DNA of 64,000 nucleotides, from assembly GCA_963803435.1 (NCBI GenBank), contig CAWDML010000001.1:2208001-2272000 (forward strand). Direction: 5' to 3'. Shown here one piece after another: positions 52,941 through 61,273 of this stretch. The translations under genes were made by a program, and so were the position numbers. The stretch comes from an uncultured delta proteobacterium (GTDB taxonomy: Bacteria; Myxococcota; Kuafuiibacteriia; Kuafuiibacteriales; Kuafuiibacteriaceae). The notes under the pieces were generated by a model. That model saw nothing but the letters and a program-made list of their open reading frames with translations. It made no database searches and was not told the origin of the DNA. Every line of letters begins with the position of its first letter. Position 1 is the first letter of the stretch.

Positions 52941-54923
52941 TTGCAGCACCGGTGGATGACGCTGCTCTTCCTGGTCCTCGCCCCCGCGATCGCGCGCGGC
53001 GAATCCCTCACGGCGGAGGAGAAGAAGATCGTCGCGGCGCGCGTCGACAATCTGATCGCGGCCTCACCGAAGATCACGATCAGCCCCGGCGAAACCGCCT
53101 TCATGGTGAAGAAGAAGTCGGTGAGCAAGGCCGCGCTCCGGCACCGGGAGCTGGAATACGAAGCGATCGTCACCGGCGTGTCCACGCCCAAGGGTGTCGT
53201 CGTCCATCCGCGTGTCGACGAGGTCCACTTCGAGCCCAAGGGCGCCGACGTCGACGTCGTCTTCCGCTACACGATCCACGTCGACCCGGGCAGCCGGGGC
53301 GGCGGGCGCGTGCAGTTCACGCTCAAGCTCATCGAGCGGACCGGGCTCGCCAACACGGTCGCCACGCTGAAGGTCGCGCAGGTGGTCAACATCGGCCCGC
53401 CCACGAAGCCGACGCCCAAGCAGCTGGCCGCCGACTTCCACGCCTACCGCTACTACGGCGGGCACGCGCGCGCACGCTCCGATCGCCTGGGCGGCGCGGG
53501 CATCAAGGTCTCGATGCAGGATCTCGCGCCGCCGCCGCTCCTCGACAAGCTCGAGGACAAGGGCGCGCGGGAGGTGTTCCGCTTCCTCCGCGAGCGAACG
53601 CGGATGTGGATCGCGCACCGACACCTGATCGCCGCCTCCCAGAGCGGAGATGCCGGCGTGCGAAAGATCGCCGACGGGTTCCTGGCCAACCTGGGCAAGC
53701 GGCCGGAGGACATGAAGGGCCTCCCGGACGCCACGCTCACCGATCGGGCCGCCGAGCCGCCCCCGCCCCCGCCGGCCGAAGGGAAGGTCGAGACGCTCGA
53801 GCCGACCGCGGTCGAGCCGGCGCCCGGCGCCGAAGGCGGCAAGGACGAGAGCAGCTTGAAGCCGGTCGCGAGCTACGAGCCGGGCTCGGAGGGCGACGAG
53901 GAGCCCACCGACCTGCCCGACTCGAGCCGCCCCCGCGAGCCCGACGACAAGCGCGGGCCGGCCGTCGCGCCGGTGAAGCCGGGCGAAGGCGTGGGGACGC
54001 CCCCAGCGGACGATCGGCCCCGGCCGGAGGCCTCGCTCGAGCTCTCGGACGATCCGTTCGCCGCCCGCCAGCTCCGCAAGGTGGTCTACATCCCCGGCTA
54101 CAACCGCGGGCTCGTGCTCGACGATCCGAACATTGCGCACGGCGCCGCGATCCGGCTCGAGTGGGCGAACGTGACCTTCCAGGAGTCGGCGATCGCCGCG
54201 GCCTTCTTCTTCGAAGGGCAAGTCGCGTTGACACGGCAGCTCGGCGTCGAGCTCAAGATCCCGGTGGAGTTCGTGGATCTCGATCTCGAGGGCTCCCGCA
54301 ACGTCTTCACGATGGGCAACCCGTTGCTGGCCGCGAAGTACCGCCTGTATCTCCCCGAGGTGATCGGACGGCGGCCGGCCCTGACCCTGCGGGCCCGCTG
54401 GGCGCTCCCGATCTCACCGCTCCACAACGTCCCGCCCACGGGCCTGGGCGCCGAGACCTTCACGCGCGAGGCGCACTTCGCGGATACCTACGCCTTCTTC
54501 CTCGAGAAGACGGCGCTCGGCCTCGGCTTCAACCTCGCGTGGCAATGGGAGTTCATCTACGCCGGCGTACAGTTCTACACCGACTACTTCTTCCCCATCT
54601 CGGGAGCCGCCGATCGCGCGAAGTTCTTCACGCTCAACTACGGCTTCTCTCTGGGCGCGCTCCCGTTCGGCGACATCGTGGGTGCATACGTCGAGGCGCG
54701 CGCCGCCAGCCTGCTCTACGGCCCGCGGCGGACCGAGTTCTTCATGTACTTCGGTGTTCGGGCCAAGCTGCTCGAATACTTCGAGCCCGGTGTCTGGGTC
54801 GGCCTCCCCCTCGGATCGGTCGCCAACGTCAGCGGCGTCCAGTTCGGCGGCGAGCTCCGCTTCTCCTATGACCTCGCGGACATCCTCGACTCGGGCACGC
54901 TGACCCGCCGAGACGGACCCTGA
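52941..54923 (+). CDS. Exported protein with C-terminal beta-barrel-like domain
   Basis: Signal peptide, Pro/Glu linker, aromatic alternating strands (GNPLLAAKY). Confidence 0.6.
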   Translation: MQHRWMTLLFLVLAPAIARGESLTAEEKKIVAARVDNLIAASPKITISPGETAFMVKKKSVSKAALRHRELEYEAIVTGVSTPKGVVVHPRVDEVHFEPKGADVDVVFRYTIHVDPGSRGGGRVQFTLKLIERTGLANTVATLKVAQVVNIGPPTKPTPKQLAADFHAYRYYGGHARARSDRLGGAGIKVSMQDLAPPPLLDKLEDKGAREVFRFLRERTRMWIAHRHLIAASQSGDAGVRKIADGFLANLGKRPEDMKGLPDATLTDRAAEPPPPPPAEGKVETLEPTAVEPAPGAEGGKDESSLKPVASYEPGSEGDEEPTDLPDSSRPREPDDKRGPAVAPVKPGEGVGTPPADDRPRPEASLELSDDPFAARQLRKVVYIPGYNRGLVLDDPNIAHGAAIRLEWANVTFQESAIAAAFFFEGQVALTRQLGVELKIPVEFVDLDLEGSRNVFTMGNPLLAAKYRLYLPEVIGRRPALTLRARWALPISPLHNVPPTGLGAETFTREAHFADTYAFFLEKTALGLGFNLAWQWEFIYAGVQFYTDYFFPISGAADRAKFFTLNYGFSLGALPFGDIVGAYVEARAASLLYGPRRTEFFMYFGVRAKLLEYFEPGVWVGLPLGSVANVSGVQFGGELRFSYDLADILDSGTLTRRDGP

Positions 54924-54940
54924 TAGAGTAGGAAGTGGAC

Positions 54941-56344
54941 ATGCGACTCACCCGCCTGCTCCTGGTTTTCGGCTCCCTCACCTTCGCGGCGGGCATGACC
55001 GCCCTCCTGCTGGTCCAGCCGGCGTGCTCGCCCGGGCAATGCACCCAGAGCCGCATCGATCCCAATACGCCGAGCTCCGCGCTCGAGTGCGCCGCCGGCC
55101 TGCTGTGCTACCAGGGCCAGTGCATCAAGGCCTGCAACGCCGGTCAGGAGGGCGCGCAGCAATGCGGCGGTGACGGCGATTGCGACGGCACCCGTCCGCA
55201 CTGCATCGACGGCTACTGCTCCGCCTGCGACAACAACGAGTTCTGCGTGCCGACGCTGAACATCTGCCAGGCCGTCAGCGAGATCGATCTGACCATGATC
55301 CCCGTCCCGCCGCCCCCGCCGACCGGAGCGCCGAAGCCGCCGGCGCCGCTGGACGGCGGCTGGATCGACGGCGGGCTCCGGCTGGACAAGGACGCCGGCG
55401 AGGACGTGCCGGTCGACGCCGTGGTCACCCACGCGGGCCTGGTCGACGTCGCGCAGATCGAGGATTACTTCACCAACGGAACGCTCACCAAGAAGTCGAA
55501 GGTGCTGGTCAGGATGCACTACGTCGGGGGCGTCACGGAGCCGGGGCTGATCTGGCGCGTCGATCCCTGGGACGACGTGGGCGGCGGCTATGATCCCGCC
55601 ACCGAGACCGCGATCGAAGAGGCGCTCGGCGAGGACTGCACGCTCAACTACCTGCGGACGTACACCGGGACGATCACGCTGCCCCAGGTGGACCTGGGCG
55701 ACGTGGTGGTCGAGGACGCGCCCGGGTTCGCAGGCTCCATCTCGAATCACTTCGATGTGCCGTGGGACGACGTCAACGACGACGGCTACGCTGCACCCGC
55801 CCCCACGCCGCCGCCGGCGAACCTCCTGGTCTTCTCGAAGCTCCTCCCCCAGTCGGAGCCGCACTTCATCAGCATCGCCGCCACCCAGTCCGGTCTCGCG
55901 GGCGCATGGCCGAACCCGACCCCTGAGAACGGCGAGCACGTCCCCTTCGAGCTGGTCCCCAGCGCCGACACGCTCACCATGCTCACGAGCGGTGTCACCC
56001 TCGATCTCGCCACGCCGGCGGATCTCGTCGTCCGCTGGGACCGCATCGCCGCCGGCTCGGTCAACGGTGAGGCGGTTGTCCTCCGCTTCCGCGGCCCCAA
56101 CTACGAGGTGCACTGCGAGAAGACCGAGGGCCTGATGGTCGACGGCGCCATCATCGTGAAGGCGGGCCTGCTCCGCTCGTTCATCATGCACCAGGGCGTC
56201 ACCCCCGGCACGACGATCCCGCTCTACTTCGAGCGCCGTTTCGCCCGCCGCACCGACGTGATCCCGACCGACCCCACGACGGAGGTCATCGACCTCTCCG
56301 TCCGCGTGCGGCACACGCTCGTCGGCACGCTTCGGTTCCAGTGA
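54941..56344 (+). CDS. Hypothetical lipoprotein with N-terminal Cys-rich region
   Basis: Hydrophobic signal ..QPAC; about 12 Cys in the first 110 aa. Confidence 0.6.
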   Translation: MRLTRLLLVFGSLTFAAGMTALLLVQPACSPGQCTQSRIDPNTPSSALECAAGLLCYQGQCIKACNAGQEGAQQCGGDGDCDGTRPHCIDGYCSACDNNEFCVPTLNICQAVSEIDLTMIPVPPPPPTGAPKPPAPLDGGWIDGGLRLDKDAGEDVPVDAVVTHAGLVDVAQIEDYFTNGTLTKKSKVLVRMHYVGGVTEPGLIWRVDPWDDVGGGYDPATETAIEEALGEDCTLNYLRTYTGTITLPQVDLGDVVVEDAPGFAGSISNHFDVPWDDVNDDGYAAPAPTPPPANLLVFSKLLPQSEPHFISIAATQSGLAGAWPNPTPENGEHVPFELVPSADTLTMLTSGVTLDLATPADLVVRWDRIAAGSVNGEAVVLRFRGPNYEVHCEKTEGLMVDGAIIVKAGLLRSFIMHQGVTPGTTIPLYFERRFARRTDVIPTDPTTEVIDLSVRVRHTLVGTLRFQ

Positions 56345-56359
56345 CCCGGGTGTCCGTCT

Positions 56360-57425
56360 TCAGAGCACCAGGAAGACAATCAGCGCCACCGCGCCGAAGA
56401 GGAACAGACCGCCCAGCAGCAGGATCATCGAGATCCCAACCGACGCCCTTCTTGGTCGCGTTCTGGATCTCGGCGTTGACCTTCTGGATCTCCGGATCGT
56501 CCGCGGGCGCCTCGAGCTCGGCCTCGGCTTCGGACTCCAGCTCGGGCTCGGGCACCGCGGAGGCTTCGTCCATCAGGCCGCTGTCCTCGCCGCCGTCGTC
56601 CTCGTAGCCCGGCTCGGGAGCCTCGTCGACGGCGTTGCCGCTGATCGCCTCGGTCTGCGCGTCGAGGCCGCCCATCTGATCGAGCAGGCGGGAGGGCGGG
56701 TCGATGAAGGTGAGCTTCACGCCGCCGATCTGGAGCTCGTCGCCGTCCTTGATCAGCTTGACGCCCTCGATGCGCTTCTCGTTGACGAGGACGCCGTTCT
56801 TGCTGCCGAGATCCTGCGCCGTGTATCCGTCCCAGCTCCGCTTGATGAGGCAGTGGCGCCTGGAGATGTTCTGGTCGTTGAGTGGGAAGTCGCAGTCCGG
56901 GCTGCGTCCGATCGTGATCTCGGAGATGCTCTCGTCGAACTCGAAGCGGCGGCCCTCCTCGGTCCCATTCATCACTCGGAGCACCGTCGCGTCCATCTTG
57001 CCATCGAGGGACGACAGGACCTCCTGCACCATGCGGCGGGCGAGCTGCTCGGTCTTCTCGCCGGGCTGCCGATCGAGCGCGGTACCAGCGGAGGTCTTGA
57101 AGGTGATACTGAACGACATCACGGCGATCCGATCGCCGTCGCGCAGCAAGCACTTCTCTCCCTTGCCGAGGCGCCGGCCGTTGTGCTCCGTGCCGTGCGT
57201 CGAGCCGAGATCCTCGAGGAAGTAGTCACCCATCTCGAAGAAGATGCGAGCGTGGCGCCGGGAGACGGTCGTGAGCGGGATCTGGATGTCGCTGCTGGGG
57301 TCCCTCCCCAGCGAGATCACGCTCTGGCTGAAGTCATAGGAGAACTCGCGCTCCGGCTTGTCCGGGAGCTGGAGACGGACCAGGAGATGCACCGGAGGTG
57401 CCGCTCTGCCGCCTGCGCCCTGCAT
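56360..57425 (-). CDS. Double-FHA domain membrane protein; frameshift at about 56435
   Basis: LGRD..VSRRHA..DLGSTHGT and IGRS..ISRRH..DLGSKNG; TM MILLLGGLFLFGAVALIVFLVL* in the shifted frame. Confidence 0.8.
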
Positions 57426-57454
57426 TACCGGCTCTCCCATAGAGCGGTGGTCCG

Positions 57455-58600
57455 CTACTCCATCTCCAGCTTCTTGACGAGGTCTTTGCACTGCGAGACC
57501 TCGTCGGCCCACTTCGGTGAGGGCTGGTCCTTGTTCACCTCGGTGGCGCAGGAGACGAAGTCCTGGCAGCGCTTGATGGTCAAGCTGGTGTCCAGTGTCT
57601 TGTTCGCGTACATGGCCAGCTCGAAGTACGCGCGGCAGTAGAGCGGATCGAGCTTCACCGTATTCTCCCACTCGTTGACGGCCTGATCCGGGAGCCCCTT
57701 CTCCGCGTAGATGCTGCCGAGATCGTAGTGGTGGGTCGGGTTGCCGGGGTCCGACTTGATCTTGTCGAGGAACTCCTTGATGGCCCCGTCGTTCTTGGCG
57801 CACAGCTCGTAGGCCACGCCGAGGTTTTGTCTCGCGCCGATGCTCACCTCGCTGTCCACGCCTCCGCCCCGCAGCGCCCCGATGAACGCCTGGATCGCGT
57901 CCGAGCACCGGGCGGTCTTCAGGTAGGTGTTGCCGAGATTGTAGCTGCAGTTGGGGTTCTCGGGATCGATCTCCAGGCAACGCTTGAAGTTCTGCTCGGC
58001 GGATTCGTAGTGGTCCTCCACCAGGTCCATGAACCCGAGGTGATGTCGGGCGTTGAAGTTGTTGGGGTTCATCTCGAGCAGCCGGATGAAATGGCTCCGC
58101 GCCTCTTTGTACAGCTCGGTCCGCTTGGCCACGTCGCCCTTGTCGCCCAGGATCGTACCTTGGCGCATCAAGCACATCCCGTAGTTCTCGCGGGCGTCGA
58201 AGTATCCGGGGTCGATCTCGATGGCCGCCTTGAACTCGTCGCAGGCGGCGTCGTAGTCCGGCGGATTCCTTCGGAAGAACACCGAGCCCAGGTTGTTGTG
58301 GGCCTCCGCGAAGTCGGGGTTGACCGACAGGGCGTCCTTGAAGTGCTGGGCCGCCTTCTCGAGGTCGTTATGGCAGATGAGCTCGACCATCCCCAGACAG
58401 TTGTGCGGGTGCTCGAAGTTCGGCCCGTACTCCAGCGCGAGTCGGCAGCTCTCCTCCGCCTGCACACACTGGCCGTTGTTGAGGTACTCGATCCCCAGGT
58501 CGTGACGCTTGATCGCTTCGGGGTGGACCGAGTTGTCGATGCAGGTCGCGCAGTGCGCGCACATCAGGGTCAAGAAGAGGCCCATGAGGAGGCGTTTCAT
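57455..58600 (-). CDS. Cys-rich TPR lipoprotein, Tgl/PilF pilotin-like
   Basis: Signal with Cys; TPRs such as FAEAHNNLG, HYDLGSIY. Confidence 0.7.
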   Translation of the reverse strand: MKRLLMGLFLTLMCAHCATCIDNSVHPEAIKRHDLGIEYLNNGQCVQAEESCRLALEYGPNFEHPHNCLGMVELICHNDLEKAAQHFKDALSVNPDFAEAHNNLGSVFFRRNPPDYDAACDEFKAAIEIDPGYFDARENYGMCLMRQGTILGDKGDVAKRTELYKEARSHFIRLLEMNPNNFNARHHLGFMDLVEDHYESAEQNFKRCLEIDPENPNCSYNLGNTYLKTARCSDAIQAFIGALRGGGVDSEVSIGARQNLGVAYELCAKNDGAIKEFLDKIKSDPGNPTHHYDLGSIYAEKGLPDQAVNEWENTVKLDPLYCRAYFELAMYANKTLDTSLTIKRCQDFVSCATEVNKDQPSPKWADEVSQCKDLVKKLEME

Positions 58601-58706
58601 CGGCGTGGTGCTGATTGTCTCTCGTCGACCCTCGAGGGAGTCAACCTCTGGCAGTGACGGCAAAAGCCCGACCTTCGCTCGCTCGCGGCGGACTTGCTAA
58701 GGTAGC

Positions 58707-59246
58707 ATGAGGTCGGAAATGCGGCTTCTCCTGCCCCTCCTCCTCACCCTCGCCTCCCTCTGTTTCGTCCCTCGCGACGCCCGAGCGCAGTACAAGAACG
58801 CACAGCTGGGCTTCGAGGTGGGTTACGGCTTCTACGCCCCCGATCTGCTGCTCGACGAGCATCACCTGGAGGTCGGGCTGCGCGGCGCCTTCAAGGCCGA
58901 GGATCACTTCTGGTTCTCGGCCCGGGGCCTGCTGTCCTTTCGCGGAGAGCCGATCAGCGAGCGGACGGTCGTGGTCTTGCACCTGACGCCGGTGGCCGTC
59001 CGGTACTACGTGCTGACCGACACCTTCCGGCCGTTCGTCGGGGTCACCAACGCCTTTCAGTTCCTCTTCAACAGCGCGCTCGGCACCCGCGTGTTCTGGG
59101 GTCCGGGTGCGGAGGTGGGGGCGGAGTTCAAGCTCTCTCGGGACATCTTCCTCGGTATTCAGGCCGATGCGCTCTACATGTTCGTGTTCCAGGGTAAAGA
59201 CGATCCGATGCTCACGGTGACCGCCCAGCTCAACTTCTTCTTGTGA
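58707..59246 (+). CDS. Small outer-membrane beta-barrel protein
   Basis: Signal ..ARA-Q; RYY....FRPFVG, GAEVGAEF; aromatic C-terminus. Confidence 0.7.
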   Translation: MRSEMRLLLPLLLTLASLCFVPRDARAQYKNAQLGFEVGYGFYAPDLLLDEHHLEVGLRGAFKAEDHFWFSARGLLSFRGEPISERTVVVLHLTPVAVRYYVLTDTFRPFVGVTNAFQFLFNSALGTRVFWGPGAEVGAEFKLSRDIFLGIQADALYMFVFQGKDDPMLTVTAQLNFFL

Positions 59247-59247
59247 C

Positions 59248-59883
59248 ATGCACGCATGGGCATTTGCAGGTTTGCTTGCATGGGCCGCCGGATGCGGCGT
59301 GCGCACCGATCCGGGCTTTGGGACCAGGACCCTGTTCGTGACGGCCGAGATCTCCGGGAAACCCGACAGCACCGCGATCGAGATCGAGATCGAGGCCGCC
59401 GGCAACCCGGTGATCGGGGCCAACGTCGTGTTGAAGGACCTCGATCGGAAGAAGACGGCCACCGCCGAGTCCGAATCCTCCGGCCTGTACCGCACCACCC
59501 TCGAAGGTTATGCGCGCGCGCTCTCGCTGCGCATCGTGTCGGGCGACGACCACCTCGAGGCGAAGCTCGAAGGCCCCGCGCCCCACACCATCGTGTATCC
59601 ATTGAACGACGCCATGCTCACCCGCCAGGGCGTCGACCAGCTGTTGATCCGCTGGGAGGCCGAGGATCACGCCGAGTCGGTCGAGGTCGTGCCGCAAGGA
59701 TCTGAGAAGGTCGAGCTCGACGGGGATCCGCACCAGACCCGCATCCCCCTCGAAGGCCTCGAGAATGGGCTTCACAAGGTCACCGTCACCCGGTCGAACA
59801 GCGTCGAGCTGCGCGGCGGCACCACCGGCTCGCGCATGAGGACGCGCTATACGGTGGACAATCACTTTCATCTCGAGGGATAA
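59248..59883 (+). CDS. Hypothetical lipoprotein
   Basis: AAGC lipobox; co-oriented with 1-bp gap. Confidence 0.6.
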   Translation: MHAWAFAGLLAWAAGCGVRTDPGFGTRTLFVTAEISGKPDSTAIEIEIEAAGNPVIGANVVLKDLDRKKTATAESESSGLYRTTLEGYARALSLRIVSGDDHLEAKLEGPAPHTIVYPLNDAMLTRQGVDQLLIRWEAEDHAESVEVVPQGSEKVELDGDPHQTRIPLEGLENGLHKVTVTRSNSVELRGGTTGSRMRTRYTVDNHFHLEG

Positions 59884-59896
59884 CGACCGCGCCGTC

Positions 59897-60298
59897 ATGG
59901 CGCTTCGATCCAACATCGAGCTGGAGATGCGCCCCCTGCTCAAGGCTCTGCGCGCGCGGATCGAGAGCCTCGAGCACACGAGCAGCGTCAAGGACAAGCT
60001 CGAAGTCTTTGTTCGAGGCGAGATTCCGTTCCTCCAGCTCGAGATCCGGCGCGATCATCTGCTCCTGGATCTCTGGCTCCCGCCCGAGAAGCTCGAGGAC
60101 GCCCGCTCGTCGGGGATCGGACGTGCGCACCCGTTCATGGGGAGCGAGGCGGTCAAGGTCCGGTTCGAGCGCGCCGAGGATCTCACCCGCGTCGCGCGCT
60201 GGCTCGAGGACAGCTACGCCTACGCTGCGGAGCGCACGATGAGCATTCCGTCCGCGCCCGCAGACGACGACGAAACGAAGAGCTCGCGCAAGCACTGA
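59897..60298 (+). CDS. Hypothetical protein
   Basis: GC3-rich 133-aa ORF in operon; W...SY end reminiscent of YjbR/DUF5655-type folds. Confidence 0.55.
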   Translation: MALRSNIELEMRPLLKALRARIESLEHTSSVKDKLEVFVRGEIPFLQLEIRRDHLLLDLWLPPEKLEDARSSGIGRAHPFMGSEAVKVRFERAEDLTRVARWLEDSYAYAAERTMSIPSAPADDDETKSSRKH

Positions 60299-60375
60299 CC
60301 CCCGCGACTCCCGGCCGTGCTGCGCCGGCCTGTTCAACCTCACCGCGTCTGGCCGCCGCTCCCGTAAGGCGTGCC

Positions 60376-61272
60376 TCAGAGCGCCCGCGTCTCGCCGATC
60401 GCCGCCACCCAGACCCGTTCGGGCGGAATGCCCGCCCGCGCCCGATGTTCCTCGAGCAGCCGCGGGGGCTCGTCGAGCGGCTCGTCGGTGAGCTTGAACG
60501 TGCCCCAGTGCATCGCGCACAGGAGCTCCGCACGCAGCGCCACGAACGCATTCACAGCGTCCTCCGGGTTCATGTGCTGCGAGCGCATGAACCACTCGGG
60601 ATCGTAGGCGCCGATGGGTAGAAGCGCGGCGTCGATGCCCGGATGACGCCGGCCGATCTCGGCGAAGCCGTCGAAGTAGGCGGTGTCGCCGGCGAAGTAG
60701 ACCTTCTTGCCCTCGCCCTCGATCACGTAGCCGCCCCACAGCGTGTCGTTGCGGTCGAAGGGACCGCGCTGCGACCAGTGCTGCGAAGGGACGAAGGTGA
60801 CGCGAAGATCGCCCACCGCCTCGGACTGCCACCACTCCATCTCCACCACGCGCCGGCACTTCCTCTTCGTGAAGAAGGACCCCAAGCCCATCGGTACCAG
60901 GTAGGTCGCCTCCGGTCCGATCCGTCCGATCGTGGGCGCATCCAGATGATCACGATGGTTGTGCGAGACCAAGACCACGTCTGGCGAAGCCTGATCGATC
61001 GACATCGGCGGACGCACGTTGCGCGTGATCCCGGGGCCGAGCGTCTCCGACCAGACCGGGTCGGTGACGATCGAGCGGCCGCACAGCCGCACCAGCCAGG
61101 TCGCGTGACCGATCCAGGTGAGGGAGGCCGCGCGCGCGATCAGCCCGAAGTCCGGGACCTGCACCGGCACCTCGGCACGCTTGGGGGCGGGCCGGCGTCG
61201 CCGGCTCATCCACTTCAGGACCGTTGCGAGGCTGTGCGGTTCGTACTGGGGCTCGAGGTTCCGGTACCGCAC
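60376..61272 (-). CDS. MBL-fold metallo-hydrolase (NAPE-PLD/RomA-like)
   Basis: TWIGHAT, SHNHRDHLD, QHWS.R, FAGDT, PIGAY.P..FM..QHMNP, MHWGTF. Confidence 0.9.
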   Translation of the reverse strand: MRYRNLEPQYEPHSLATVLKWMSRRRRPAPKRAEVPVQVPDFGLIARAASLTWIGHATWLVRLCGRSIVTDPVWSETLGPGITRNVRPPMSIDQASPDVVLVSHNHRDHLDAPTIGRIGPEATYLVPMGLGSFFTKRKCRRVVEMEWWQSEAVGDLRVTFVPSQHWSQRGPFDRNDTLWGGYVIEGEGKKVYFAGDTAYFDGFAEIGRRHPGIDAALLPIGAYDPEWFMRSQHMNPEDAVNAFVALRAELLCAMHWGTFKLTDEPLDEPPRLLEEHRARAGIPPERVWVAAIGETRAL

Positions 61273-61273
61273 G

